DNA of 64,000 nucleotides, from the NCBI RefSeq assembly GCF_006345805.1, contig NC_043009.1, positions 21,700,001-21,764,000 on the forward strand, written 5' to 3'. Under the pieces are notes generated by a model. The model saw nothing but the letters and a program-made list of their open reading frames with translations. It was not told the origin of the DNA and made no database searches. The position numbers and the translations under genes are program-made. Source of the stretch: Octopus sinensis. Taxonomy: Eukaryota. Shown piece by piece: positions 1 through 13,389 of the stretch (position 1 is the first letter of the stretch; each line of letters opens with the position of its first letter).

Positions 1-1740
1 AGATAGACCTGTCTCCTAGCTTCCCTTCTGGCAGTCTGATACACTTCCCTGCTACCCCCGTTCTTCCAAGCCTGTTTCTTTTGTCTAATAGCCCAGTCAA
101 CAATATTGTTCCACCACCACGTTATTTTGGGTCTTAAAGGGACTTTGCACCAGCCACAGATCTGGTCAGTGGATTTCAGCAGGTTGTCCTTCAGAAGCAT
201 CCAGTTGTCTTCTACCCCATGCATAGCTATACCCTCTTCCATTTCGTCAAAGGCTTCAAGTAACATGTCTCTAAATCTCTGTCCATTCGCAGGGTCTTTA
301 AGCTTCCAGACCCTTCTTCTCCATGTTGGTCGTCTTCTAGTCGCCCTCTTATTCCTGATCCTAAAGTCACTAACTACCAGTCTATGTTGTGGGGTGCATT
401 CTTCGCCTGGGAAGGTTTTGGCATTTATAAGCAGCCATCTTTCCCTTTTTCTGGCAAGGATGTAGTCGATTTGGCTAGTATGCCGGCCCGATCGGTAGGT
501 GACCAGGTGGTTTGTTGGTTTCCTGAAGTTAGTGTTGCAGACCATAAGACTATTCGCATCGCAGAACTCCAGCAGCCTGGTTCCCTCCTCGTTGCGGGAA
601 CCATAACCATAGCCTCCATGTACGCCATGGAAGCCCCCAGCATGTCGTCCAACATGCCCATTGAAATCACCAGCCACAAATGGTTCGTCAATGAGGTGGT
701 CTGCAGTAGGGTGTCATAGAAACTGTCTTTCTGTCCATTGGGTAGCCCTGGCTGAGGGGCATAGGCCGATATAATGGTTGCTAATCTATTATGAAGCACT
801 ATTCTAATCTTAAGTATTCTGTCACTTACTCTGATTACCTCAATTACTCTATCTACCCATTTCTCAGCAATAAGTATACCCACGCCACCAACCCCGTCAG
901 TGTTCCCTGCCCAGAAAATCTTGTACCTGTGTTCCTTGCCTGTGAGGAACCTAGCAGATCCTCCTCTCCACCTTATTTCTTGCATGCAACATACATCAAC
1001 ACGTCTCCGTTCAAGCATCTCAACTATCTCGCCAGACCTACCTTTCAGTGGGCCAACGTTGAGGGTGCCCACCCTGAGGGTGTGGAAGGTATGGGCCCGA
1101 GAGGCCCAGGGACGGGGAGCAGTGGCGTCATGTACCTGAAAAGAAGAAGAAAGCTCGCATTTGGCAGAATTCATAAGCAAAGCAATGAACTTAAGTTCAA
1201 CCTGTTACACTACACTATCATGTTTTTGCGCCGTATGGTCACCACCATATATAGAAGGGGTGGTATTGGCTTAAGGCCTTTAGGTGTTCACGGAAGAAAA
1301 GCAAAGGAAGACAAGGTGAGATAAGGACTTCTGGTACAGGTGGTGGGGGTGGGAGGGCGGGCGCACCGCGCACTGGGAGTAAGATGAGATTTAGGCGGCA
1401 GAAAGAAAGACAAGATTTGAGATGGAATGCTTTGCGGTCGTGTGCATAAGTTTCTATGAGTGGAAGTTGGGAAGGATGGGTCAGAGAATTAAGCGACAGA
1501 AAGACCAGATTTGAGACGAGATGTTTTTGCGGTCGTGTGAATAAGTTTTTGTGAGTGAAAGTTTATATGCTTCAGCTAGCATTTGAGACGAAAGACAACG
1601 ATAACGCTAATATATGGGGAAACAATAATAATAATAAGGCTTGATGGTGATAATAATGCTTGCAAAAACAATGAAAAGAGGAACAGGTCAGGAACTTAAA
1701 TATGACTTAGCTGATATTTTTCATCCTGCGGTTCGTGATT
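1..1740 (-). mobile_element. RTE-clade LINE, 5' UTR + APE endonuclease, frameshifted, runs off the left edge
   Basis: ORF 425..1180 has APE motifs (VCCMQEIRW, GGVGI, SAYAPQ). Closely similar to the element at 15240. A short deletion near 680 shifts the frame. The 5' boundary is uncertain. Confidence 0.88.
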
Positions 1741-2102
1741 CGTGTGTTACAGCCATATATATATATATGAAGGCACATGGCTCAGTGGTTAGAGCATCGA
1801 TCTTACGATCGTGAGGTTGTGAGTTCGAATCCCTGACTGGGCTGCGTGTTGTGTTCTTGAGCAAAACACTTTATTTCATGTGGCTCCAGTTCACTCAGCT
1901 GTAGAACTGAGTTGCGACATCACTGCTACCAAGCTGTATTGTGTTTTGCCTTTCCCTTGGATAACATCGGTGGTGTGGGGAGGGGACGCTGGTATGCATG
2001 GGCGACTGCTGGTCTTCCATAAACAACCTTGCCCAGACTTGTGCCTTGGAGAGTAACTTTCTAGGTGCAATCCCATGATTATTCATGACCGAAGTGAGTC
2101 TT

Positions 2103-2139
<37 letters not shown>

Positions 2140-2629
2140 CACCCACAGATAGATATATATACATACATACATGCATTCATACATACACACACACATATAT
2201 CATCATCATCATCATTTAATGTCCACCTTCCATGTAGGTATGGACTGGATGGTTTGACAGGAGCTGGCCAGTTAGAAGACTGCACCAGGCTACTGAGTCT
2301 GTTTTGGCAAGGTTTTTACAGCTGGATGCCCTTCCTAACACCAACCACCCCACAGAAAAGACTGAGTGCTTTATACATGGCACCTGCACAGGCAAGGGCA
2401 GGCAGGCAGACAAACAGATAGGTATGTATGTATATATCTATATGTGAGTGTCCTTACATTTGTGTTTGTCTCCCACCACCACTTGAAACCAGTGCTGGTT
2501 GGTTTATATCCCTGTAACTTAGCGGTTCAGCAAACAAGACCAACAGAATAAGTACCAGGCTTTAAAAAATGTACTGGAGTTCATTCATTTGACTAAAACT
2601 CATAGAGGCAGCAGCGATGACAATGACAA

Positions 2630-2915
2630 TGTTCGTAGTGGTGTTGGTGGTGTTGATAGTAGTGATGGTGGTGGTGGTGGTAGTGGTGTTAGCGGTGGTG
2701 TTGATAGTTGTGGCGTTGGTAGTGGTGATGGTCATGTTGGTAGTGGTGGTGTTGGTAGTGATGGTGGTGGTATTGGCAGTGGTGATGGTGATGGTGGTAG
2801 TGGTGTGGGTAGTGTTGGTGTTGGTAGTGGTGGTGTTGGCAGTGGTGATGGTGGTAGTGGTGGTGTTGGTAGTGGTGTTGGTAGTGGTGGTGTTGGTAGT
2901 GGTGATGATGATGAT
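2630..2915. repeat. Degenerate (GGT)n microsatellite
   Basis: Seen directly. Confidence 0.9.
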
Positions 2916-3010
2916 GAAAATATATTCAATTGAAACAGTGATGGCGGTCTCTAAGTATTTTTCCTATTTCTTTCATCCCAAAGATCCTTTCCTCAACATT
3001 TACACCTTAC

Positions 3011-3106
3011 CTTTCGTTCTGATTCCATGGCTTTGTTTTGAGCTTCTCTCAGATGACTTTCCATTCTTTGTATTTTGGCAGTGTAATCTTTCAAAACCTG
3101 TCCACT
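3011..3106 (-). CDS. SCLT1: SCLT1-like penultimate exon (SGQVLKDYTAKIQRMESHLREAQNKAMESERK); terminal exon not found, probably left of the window
   Basis: gatttag| and AAG|gtaagg. 96 nt, same length as recalled human NEKLILEH...SASQQ. Confidence 0.87.
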
Positions 3107-3150
3107 CTAAATCGTGAGAGAAGGAAGAAAGAGAAAAACAATAAGTATAC

Positions 3151-3525
3151 AGGCATAGGTGCAGCTGTGTGGTATGAAGCTTGCTTCTCAACCACATCAT
3201 TTCAGGTTCAGTCCCACCATGTGGCACATGGACAAGTGTCTTCTATTACAGTCCCGGGACAACTAAAAAGCCTTACGAGTGGATTTGGTAGATGGAAACT
3301 GAAAGAAGCCCGTCCTATATATATCTATATATAAATACATATACATCTGTGTCTGTGCGTCTTTGTCTCTGTGTTTGTCCCCCACCACTGCTTGACAACT
3401 GGTGTTGGTGTGTTTAGATCCCCATGACTTAGCAGTTTGGCAAAAGAGACTAAAAATTCAAGACGGTGCCCCAGCATGGCCACAGTCTAATGACTGAAAC
3501 AACTAGAAGATAAAAGATAAAAGAC
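3151..3525 (+). mobile_element. tRNA-derived SINE family A. Other copies at about 3602..3992+, 7760..7930+, 19620..20000-, 33675..34000+, 36547..36985+, 45265..45692+, 53168..53556-, 57710..57885+
   Basis: Recurrent head gctgtgtggtaag..ggttcagtcccactg, internal microsatellite, tail ccagcatggc...tgactgaaacaagtaaaaga. Confidence 0.85.
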
Positions 3526-4824
3526 ATAAAATTATCAGGTGTGAGAGAAGCATAACAATGTAACTAAATATCATCACCAAATATATCAAACAAAGCAAGC
3601 ATTGTAGGTGCAGGAGTGGCTGTGTGGTAAGTAGCTTGCTTACCAACCACATGGTTCTGGGTTCAGTCCCACTGCGTGGCACCTTGGACAAGTGTCTTCT
3701 ACTATAGCCTCAGGCTGACCAAAGCCTTGTGGGTGGATTTGGTAGACAGAAACTGAAAGAAGCCCGTCGTATATATGTATGTGTGTGACTGTCTGTTTGC
3801 CACACCAACATCGCTTGACAACTGATGCTGGTGTGTTTACGTCCCCATAACTTAGCGGTTCAGCAAAAGAGACTGATAGAATAAGTACTAGGCTTACAAA
3901 GAATAAGTCCTGGAGTCGATTTGCTCAACTAAAGGCAGTGATCCAGCATGGCTGCAGTCAAATGACTGAAACAAGTAGAAGAGTAAAGAGTATAGATGTA
4001 TTTAGGGAGCAATTTCCGTGGGAAGCTGCAGTGAGACAGACTCATCCACACCTAATTAGAATGGAAAATATCATCATCATATAACGTCCGTTTTCCATGC
4101 TGGCATGGGTTGGACGGTTTGACTGAGGTCTGGAGAGCCAGTAGCTGCACGAGGCTCTGATCTGATCTGGCAATGTTCCTACAGCTCGATGGCCTTCCTA
4201 ATGATAAACACTCCGAGTGTGTAGTGAGTGCTTTTTACAAGTCACCAGCACAGGAGCCAGTCAAGGAGTACTGGCATCAGCCACGTTTGAATGGTGCTTT
4301 TTACGTGACACTGGCACAGGAGCCAGCCAGTGGGTACTGGCATCGGCTATGTTCAAATGATGCTTTTTACGTACTACCAGCACCAAAGCCTTGTGAGTGA
4401 ATGTGGTAGATGGAAATTGAAAGAAACCCTTCATATATATGTATCTGTGTGAGTGTGTATATGTGTCTTTGTGTTTGACACCATTTGACAACTGGTATTG
4501 GTGCGTTTATGTCCCCATAACTTAGCAGCTTGGTGAAAGAGACCAACAGAGTAAGTACCAGGGGATCATCATTTCATTCAATTAAAATCCTTCAAGGTGG
4601 TGCCCCAGCATGGCCAGAATCTAATGGCTGAAACAAGTAAAAAGACACAAGACAATGCAATGATGGAATATGAACCCAAAACTTTTCAGCTGAAGAACCG
4701 AAACCTTACTCATTTAGACCAATATTTCTTCACCTTTTGTAGTTCTGTGTCCCCTTTTATTGAACGGTGTTATACAAACGTCCCCCAGAAAGATCAAAAG
4801 ACATTTTTGCTGGTTCTTGCTTAC

Positions 4825-4963
4825 CTCTGTCATCTTTACTTGACATTCTTGCAAAGAAGATTTCAGTTCAGAGTTGCGAGTTTTGTAACGTTTCAGCTCA
4901 GATCGAATTTGTGCTATTTTCTCATCATATTTCTTTGAAATCGTACTGCATTCTTCTTTCCAT
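4825..4963 (-). CDS. SCLT1: SCLT1-like exon (WKEECSTISKKYDEKIAQIRSELKRYKTRNSELKSSLQECQVKMTE)
   Basis: ttggcag| and GAG|gtaagc. Resembles human WKEETKKLTESAEIRINNLKSELSRQK. Confidence 0.92.
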
Positions 4964-5264
4964 CTGCCAAATGGACAATACACAGAACAAATGAAATATT
5001 ATTTTAGAATAGCAAAGTAGTAGTAAACAGTCAGGAAACACTAAATCTGCAGATGGTATTAAGTTGATTGGTTGACTACTTGTACACTCATGGGTCTACT
5101 AGGTCAGAGCTGACCTTGGGCTAAACAACAACTGTAGATGTCTTCACTGGAAATGACTGAATATAGTGGCAGCAACAGGCTACATGGAGCTGGATTAAAG
5201 TTGACCTGGGGCTAAATAACAACATCTGAATACAATGCTTTTACATTATTTCACTGATTGAAAG

Positions 5265-5480
5265 GCAGCGAGCTGGCAGAAATGTTAGCACGCCAGGCGA
5301 AATGCTTAGCAGTATTTCATCTGTCTTTATGTTCTGAGTTCAAATTCTGCCAAAGTCGACTTTGCCTTCCATCCTTTCAGGGTCGATAAATTAAGTACCA
5401 GTTGCATACTGGGGCTGATCTAATCAACTGGCCCCCTCCCCAAAAATTTCGGGCCATGTGTCTAAAGTAGAAAAGATCAT
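5265..5480 (+). mobile_element. SINE family B (ggcagcgagctggcagaa...gtcgactttgcctttcatcc). Other copies at about 25500..25940-, 34010..34380, 38400..38600, 50285..50800-, 55635..55805-
   Basis: Recurrent conserved head and core across the window. Confidence 0.8.
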
Positions 5481-6540
5481 TTTCTTGTTTGAGCTCCTTC
5501 TCTAAACAAACATGACTAGCAAATATGAACATTGATGGACATTGGGGAAATTGATCTTACAGGTGTCACCGTAGAGGTGCATGGCTCAGTGATTAAGCTG
5601 TTGGAATTATAATCATAAGATTGTGGTTTCAATTTCTGGACTGGGCAATGCATTGAGCTCTTGAGCAAAGCACTTCATTTCGCACTGCTCCAGTCCATTC
5701 AGCTACCAAAAATGATTAACCCTGTGACAGACTAGTGTCCCATCCAGGGGAAAATATATGCACCACAGAAACCGGGAAACTGGCCCTATGAGTCTGTATG
5801 ACTTGGAAATGATTTTTATCTATATCTATCTTTATCTTGGTTGGCGTTAGAAAGGGCATTCAGCCATAAAATCCTGCCAAAACAAGCAGTGAAGCCTGGT
5901 GCAGTCTTCTGCTGGGCCAGCCCTTTTCAAGTCATCCAACCCATGCCAGTATGGAAAATGAATGTTAAATGATGATCATCTTCTTTATCTACGTTTATCC
6001 TTGTCATCACTTGTCAATCCTAAAATGAAGATTGATAATTGTTGTCAATTAAAACAGACAAAGACAAACAAAATCATAACTATACTGTTCTGGAAGAACA
6101 AAACAAACAATGCTTGCCTGTAGTGTAAAGTTAGAACTCGTGACCAGGTGGTGGTCTGCTGACTAGTATCAGTCCTGGGCAAGACATTACACTGCATCAG
6201 GCCATTGGGAAATATTACTTTGCTTGGAAACAGGTGAGTGTTGGTAACAGGTAGGGCATCCAGCCATAGAAAATCGGCCTGTCTGTGCCATGCAAGCATG
6301 GAAAAGTGGGCATTAAGATGATGATGATGATGATAATGATGGAGGAAGAGGAGGAGGAGGAGGATTTTCATTTTAAAAAAATATTCTTATTTGGGTAATT
6401 TTCACCAAATTTCAGAATTTCAAGCAAGAATTATCAACTGTATTTTGAGGTGATTTTACTCTAAATGAAATTTTTTATATTACATTATTTGAAATTGGGA
6501 AAAGCTATAATGGACATAGAAAAACAATAAACAGAGCAAC

Positions 6541-6677
6541 CTTCTGCTAATTATTTTCTGTGAATTGAGAAGCTTCTTTAATTCCACCATAGTGTAATGA
6601 TTTCCATCTTCGAAACTCTGCAGTTTCAATTCAAAATCTTGTGAGTTGGAAGACATTTCCTCTTTCATAACAGCAAT
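6541..6677 (-). CDS. SCLT1: SCLT1-like exon (IAVMKEEMSSNSQDFELKLQSFEDGNHYTMVELKKLLNSQKIISRr)
   Basis: Resembles human ISTMEHEFSIKERGFEVQLREMEDSNRNSIVELRHLLATQQKAANR. Phase 0 to 2, weak donor gttgct. Confidence 0.9.
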
Positions 6678-6729
6678 CTATCAAAATATTAAAAAAAAAA
6701 ATTTTTTTTTTTTTAAATCGCGGCCGCCG

Positions 6730-6838
6730 CCCCAGCCACCACCACCACCACCCCAGCCACCACCACCACCCCAGTTACCACCACCACCCCAGTTACCACC
6801 ACCACCACCACCACCACCACCACCACCACCACCACCAT
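6730..6838. repeat. (CCA)n microsatellite
   Basis: Seen directly. Confidence 0.9.
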
Positions 6839-7298
6839 GATTCTATGTTAGAAATCTCCCTCCAAAAAAATTCTCCAAAAACCCTGAATTTTAAAGAGAC
6901 TTCCCTTACCCCCAGTAAGAGAGAATAGTTTCATTCCACCTAACCAAAATCTTCTCAGGGTCACAGCAGAGAGAGGTCATTTGACAAGACACACACACAT
7001 ACACATGTACATAAGATGTGCTTCAGCACAGTTTTCCATCTACTAATCTCATTTTCAAAGCATTGATCAGTACAAGGCACTTGCCCAAGATGCCACACAG
7101 TGGGACAGAACCTGCAAAATTATGCAGTTGTAAAACAAAACTATCAGCTACACAGCCATGTCTACATACACATATACATGTAGCTATTTCAATCGCTTTC
7201 CTCACTAAAGCTCCTGGACAAAGGCATGTATGCCACACAATTTCATTTTTGCCAGGTCTTCTCCAATCAAAAATCACATTTTGAAGCTTTGTACTCAC

Positions 7299-7491
7299 CC
7301 TCTTACGCATGTTGCGCTGTATCTCATCCCGTTCGTTGTTTGCCTGTAAGATATTCGCTTTTAGTTCGTTAATTTCTTGGATCAGCTGAAGTTTACTTTC
7401 TGAGAGTCGGCTGTTGTCACCGTTCAGTGAAGACACTTGTTCTTTTAGTTTCTCATTTTCTTTCATTAAAAGGTCTATTTTCTGGTTCAAA
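7299..7491 (-). CDS. SCLT1: SCLT1-like exon (LNQKIDLLMKENEKLKEQ...RDEIQRNMRKR)
   Basis: Lies inside ORF 7023..7508. gtttcag| and |gtgagt, phase 2 to 0. Confidence 0.88.
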
Positions 7492-8288
7492 CTGAAACAC
7501 AAACACAAGCCGCAATTTCAATTATCTTTCTGTGAGTGAAATTAGTTGATCACACATGTACCTACCTATACTTACTATACTGCAAAATCAATCACACACA
7601 CACACACATTATATCGATGCATACAGAATAGTTTCAGTCAATGTAAATAACCCCAGTACAAAACTGGTATTTGTTTTATAAACTTTGGAAGGTCCAAATG
7701 CAAATTCAGGAACTTGTATTTGCTATACTGTGAAATCAAGTGCATACATTATGCATATACAAGCATGGCTGTGTGATAAGAAGCTTGTTTCCCAATCACA
7801 TGGTTTTCTGGGTTCAGTCCCACTGCATGGCACGTTAGGCAAGTGTCTTCTGCTATAGTTCTGGGCCGACCAAAGCCTTGTGAGTGGATTTGGTAGGTAG
7901 AAACTGAAAGAAACCTGTTGCGCGTGCATGTGCGTGTGTGTCTGTCTGTCCAGCTCACCCATGCAAGAATGGAAAAGTAGACATAAGAACAATGATGATG
8001 AGTTTATACATGACAATGCTATTCAATATGTCCTTCCTTTCTCAAAATGGCAGAGTGTGATTTGGGCAAAATTTGGCAGCTATTTCTACCAAATCAAACA
8101 ACTACATAGGGGCTCCCCTCATTGCCTTGAAGTTCTCACACAGGAATTCTTTCATTAGCTTGAATTTTCTTGACAGAAGAAATTAAACAGCTTACTTAAT
8201 TCTACATTGGATTGCCTTTCGAACAAATTTAACTTTAAAAAGAAAAGGAAGAAATAAAAAGAAACATAAATAAACAAACAAGTCTTAC

Positions 8289-8437
8289 TTTTTCTTATCA
8301 CGTTCCTGCTGATGTTCAAATTTGTCAAGCTTCCTCTCAGTGGCATCTTTAGATTTTAATGCTTCTGTTAAACGCTGCGTTAGCTTTTCTTTGACTTCAT
8401 TGAATGATTTGGTCTCCTCTACAAAGTTTTGACGGAC
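8289..8437 (-). CDS. SCLT1: SCLT1-like exon (VRQNFVEETKSFNEVKEKLTQRLTEALKSKDATERKLDKFEHQQERDKKn)
   Basis: caccag| and |gtaaga. 149 nt, phase 0 to 2. Confidence 0.85.
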
Positions 8438-10295
8438 CTGGTGTGAGATTGATGGTATTCTATGTCAAACAGATAACATATGATGGCAACAATATGCAGC
8501 ACTAACCCTTTCATTACCAAACCAGCTGAAACCGGCTCTGGCTCGGTAGTACAAGTGTCTTGTTTTCATAAGTTTTGAATTAAAATCTTCCACCAAATCT
8601 TAGTCACAATTTATGTTCCTAACACTAGCTGAATGATAACTAAGTTATTTTACTAAACTCTTTGTTATATTTAAAATAATTGAAAGAAACACAGAACATC
8701 TCAACAGAAATATGGTAACAAAAGGGTAAAACAGATGAGTGTGTCATCTATATGGTTGCCCTGCCTGCTAGAAATAGTGGCCAACTCTCCCTTAAATCAC
8801 ATCATATGAATATCATTAAAAAAAAATGGCAAGATACATGTTGGACAGGAGCCCCTGACATATAAAAGGATGGAATGGTCATGAACGGAGTGCTTTTGAT
8901 CAAGGTTGAGCTGAACCTAAACAACAACATGAAATACTTTAGATAACGTCACACAATATGAGATAACAATATACAGAGGTGATGGTCACCTTGGTCCAAG
9001 ACATACTATCTATAATAATAAATGCAAAATTCTGTCTGTCCATCCAGGACCCCAGTATCTCAGTTTACATTTTCTCTACATAGACATATTACACCCTTTT
9101 TGGATCCAGGACCATTGGGATCAGGTCTGAGTAAAGATTTGTTATATGCTAACAGTTGAAAATTCAAATTTTTTTAAAAATCCAAAAATTTGTGAACTTA
9201 CAAGTTTTTCATTTAAACCCAGCCTTCCTCTTCCTCTACTTTCTTTCATATTCATCTCTCTCATTTCTCTCACCAAAAGCACTTTCACCCTTCCTCAGCA
9301 GACAACCACCCATTTCATTTCAAAACATCCATAATGGCTCTTGCTCAATTAGAACTAAGCAGGGACTCAACAACAATACTACAGAGATCTCTGAAGAAAA
9401 CAACAATGACAATATATGATGTAAGATGACAAGACTTACTATCCAAACTTAAATTTACTCCTATAGGTGGAAGACTATGAGACCAAGGAAATTACTCCCT
9501 CAACATCATACAAAACCTCCTTGCAGGCAGCTTAGCCTTAGCCAGACCAAGCACAATTACAGGTTAATACAATCACTGTTTACCCAAAATGAGATTATTT
9601 CTCACTTGCATATCATCATTGCAGCTCATCATAACTCAGTTAACATTACAAAACACAGCTATGCTTGAAATGTAAAGTGATAAGTAATATGACTCTACCA
9701 TTAGTCATTTCACCACATGGAATGTCAGTATCTGATGTCACTGAATTCTCAAATTCTACAGGCTGCTTGCTGATGACCCCATGCCAACAGACTGTTTCCT
9801 CTACCACATGAAAGGGTATATAAAATTATCTCAAATGATCTGATCTTGCTGCTTTATCAAATTATTCACATGATCTGAATTGACTAATGAGGGCCACATA
9901 TTCTCAACTAGAAGCCACTTTTAAGTTCTTTTCACTCTGCAGAGTTGAATCAGCCTGTTATCATTTTGACACCTATTTTCCATGCTTGAGGGGTTCAATG
10001 AAACTTTATGGAGGCAGATTTTCTATGGCTGGTACAGCAAAGAGGAGGGCCATAAATTCCATTACTGAAGCTGCAGTAAAGGTAACTAGGTGGGTTTGGG
10101 AAAAGAAGGCAGACCACTGGTTTGATGCTACTGGGATGCAATCTGGGGTTTCATCAACCCTAGTTAGGTCAAATAAGCAACAGGGTATGATGTTGAAAGA
10201 TCCCTAAGCCTCCTGAGACCCCTACTATCCCCACAAAAAAATATCACTGATGATGCATCCCAGAACATCTGCAAGCAGTATCTTGGAACTATAAA

Positions 10296-10326
<31 letters not shown>

Positions 10327-10542
10327 ATGTATCATTTAATATGCAGAGTATTTAAATATGAACTGCTAATAATTTCATGCTGTGGAAACACAATTTGGTT
10401 TATATATCACACCTTGAGTCTTGAAGCAATCCTTCAGGCTTGAATGCATTTGGCTGGTTAGCTGGTCCACGTCTATTTGAGCCTTATACACAACATTCTT
10501 ACAGTACATCTATCTTAAGCGGGATGTACAGCTTACTGTATG

Positions 10543-10580
<38 letters not shown>

Positions 10581-10662
10581 CATGTATGTATATATATAGT
10601 CAGTAGATTATATATCCAAAAAAAGAAGCACACTCTGAATGTTAGAGCAGTAATGCATTTAT

Positions 10663-10836
10663 AGGAAATTAATTATATGGCCAGTCATAGAGTGATGAAT
10701 GGTTTCGCATCCATAAAGCGCTTAGCCTCATAGACAGCTTGTTGGACTCTAATGGCCACAGGCATATATCCATTAGAGTGATTTATGGATGTGAAACCAC
10801 TGGTCACTCTATGACCAGCCATATAATTAACTTCCT
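10663..10836. mobile_element. Small MITE with imperfect ~55-bp TIRs and TA flanks
   Basis: aggaaattaattatatggccagtcatagagtga... pairs with ...tcactctatgaccagccatataattaacttcct. Confidence 0.7.
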
Positions 10837-10872
10837 ATATATATATGAGAAATCAGACTACAAATAACTTAC

Positions 10873-10947
10873 ATTTTGCAATTCTGACTCAACATTTTTT
10901 TTATCTCTCAGACATCTTTCCATATTGACTTCCCTCTCAGAACGTTC
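10873..10947 (-). CDS. SCLT1: SCLT1-like exon (ERSEREVNMERCLRDKKNVESELQN)
   Basis: tttctag| and |gtaagt, 75 nt. Resembles human ECAEKQGQIERVIKEKKAVEEELEK. Confidence 0.9.
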
Positions 10948-12022
10948 CTAGAAAAACAAAATAAATAAGTATATAATAAATATAATGTAAATGAAAAACA
11001 TAATACTTATTCTAAACAATTTGTGCAAGGACACAAATCTGAAAAGGAAGACTATTTTTGAATGAGTTTGCAAACCATAGAAGGCACTGCCCTGCATAAA
11101 ACATTTGATTTCAAACACATTCGAATTAAATCTGAGATTTTGCCCATACAGACAACCATATTTGGAGGTATATATGCTGCACCTTTTCTTCCCCAAAAAT
11201 AGTGTCTCAAAAAAAAATCACCCCTGGGTCTTAAATGCAAAGTTGGGCTGACAATAAATGCTTTAGTGTCCTAAAACACACACACACACACACAATGGTG
11301 GGCTTTTTTTTGGTTTCCATCTACTAAAACCACTCACAAGGCTTTGGTTGGTCCAAAGCTAAAATAAAAGACACTTACCCAAGTTGCTGTGCAGTGGCAC
11401 TGAACCAGGACCCTAGTGATTGAAAAGCACGCTTTTTAACCCATACAGCCATGTCTGTACCTACTCTTATACGTACCTGAGTAATGAGATGGTATCTGTT
11501 ATATGTATTTATACAGATTTCTGGACTATTGAGAATCGAACTTATATATTAGTCACTTGGATTTCTCTTTGAGACCAAGTAAACACTTTATAAGGTTATT
11601 GTTTACATATGTATTTAGTTTATATAAAAATGAACAAATGAGGAAACTTCTACATAGTGGCTTGATGTGCTAGATACAGCAGCTAAATCACCTTCAAATC
11701 ACACTCTTCCATCTTACAGAAGGATATGATGGATAAAGTGGCCCAAGTCCTCTGTACATAAGAAAAAAAAGCAAAAAAAAAATAAAAAGATGGAAGGTCA
11801 TGGATAGAATGTTAAAGGATAACCTAAAGTTAACCAGCAACAAAATATGAAATATGAAAATAAGTAAAATAATAATATAAAAATAGGGGGAAAAAAGTGA
11901 AAAGAGCCCAACCAAAAATTGAAACCATATCAGAGAGAGTCACCCATAGAGAATTTATATCAGTTCTATAGCAATGATGAAGACATATTTAAATTTCAAA
12001 CTGTGACACATTTACTACTTAC

Positions 12023-12094
12023 CATTTCTAGGAAGTGGACTTTTTCATTCAGTTTTACAATCCTGACATTGAGAAGAGATTTCACATCATCTAC
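12023..12094 (-). CDS. SCLT1: SCLT1-like exon (VDDVKSLLNVRIVKLNEKVHFLEM)
   Basis: ttccag| and ATG|gtaagt, 72 nt. Resembles human VANTKKQCNIQISRLTEELSALQM. Confidence 0.9.
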
Positions 12095-12731
12095 CTGGAA
12101 TATAGTAAGAGTTTGGAAAGAAAACATTTCATCATATAATAATAATAATAACAACAACCTCCCTTTCCCCATAAATTCCAGGCCTTGTGCCTATAGTAGA
12201 AAGAATTATTATTATTATTATTAAGGTAGTGAGATGGTGGATTCATTAGCACACTGGACACAATGCCTTGCTGCATTTCAGCTATCTTTACATTCTGAAA
12301 TAAGAAATTCACAAGCCCCACTGTCCACAAATTCCATGTCTTACGCTTATAACAGAAAGGATTAATATCATTATTATTATTACCCAACATGCAGTGTTAT
12401 AAAGAGGTACCCTACTATAATTTCTTTCTCACACTTTCTGCAACAAACATCTGATCAGTCATTCATTCATTCACTCCCTCAATCAATCAATCAATAAACA
12501 CAGTAATATTTTACAATAAAACACTAAGTAATATGGAAATACCGAAATTCAAAGAACCAACACATCAACAACAACTAAAATTTTCATGGAAATAAAAGAA
12601 AAAAACCAATAAGTAACAAAAGAAACATAGAAATAATGAAATTCAAAGAAATATAGATTACTTTTTTTTAAATTTTGTTGGGAATTTTTGCTGTTGTTGT
12701 TGTTGTTTATTTTTGTTTGTTTGTTTTTTAC

Positions 12732-12830
12732 CTCTTTTCTGGTTGCTTTGCCAACATCATCCATCAAGTCATCAACGACTTTCTGTAAATGGTTAATCTG
12801 TTCTTGTCTTTGAGCGGAAACTTCTTTGGC
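12732..12830 (-). CDS. SCLT1: SCLT1-like exon (AKEVSAQRQEQINHLQKVVDDLMDDVGKATRKE)
   Basis: Lies inside ORF 12549..12860, 99 nt. ATRKE|V resembles human RTKKEV. Confidence 0.88.
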
Positions 12831-13349
12831 CTTCGGTAAAGAAATAGGAATATTTAACAAACAGAAACAAATCAGCAGTGAAGATGTAAGGATTTAAGGA
12901 CAAAAGAAGATTAGTCACAAAGAAATATTTACAAAATCTTGTAACTATCACACAATGTCAAGAAGAAGGGGGTGCAAACACACACACACACACACACACA
13001 TAAGTGTATGTATGCATATATATTTTTTTTTTTATCTATGTGCCATTTTCAAGCCTAGCCAGGCTTATGGGCCCGGTTTCTCGATTTCTGTGGGGTATGT
13101 GTCCTCCCCCCAACCAGCTGGATGGGACGCCAGTCCATCGCAGCATTACTCAAGGAACAGGAAGAAAGAGTGAGAGAAAGTTGGGGCAACATAGTACAAC
13201 AGGGGTTGCCACCACCCCCTGCCAGAGCCTCATGGTGCTTTTAGGTGTTTTCGCTCAATAAACACACACAACACCCGGTCTGGGAATCGAAACTGCAATT
13301 CTTCCTCCGACCATGAGTCCGCTGCCCTAACCACTGGGCCATGCGCCTC

Positions 13350-13389
<40 letters not shown>

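Noticed and set aside
106-1324. Plus-strand ORFs over the first RTE, and antisense ORFs over the other LINEs and the PLE
   Set aside because: Shadow frames of retroelement coding sequence.
2589-3117. Gly/Val-rich and Pro-rich ORFs
   Set aside because: Translations of a (GGT)n microsatellite within an SCLT1 intron.
9770-10253. CTGATGA at 9770 and 10247 as hammerhead cores
   Set aside because: No compatible stem II, GAAA, stem III and stem I arrangement.
11477-11530. Exon-like segment with a gtacgt donor
   Set aside because: No similarity, and the flanking exons already join in frame.
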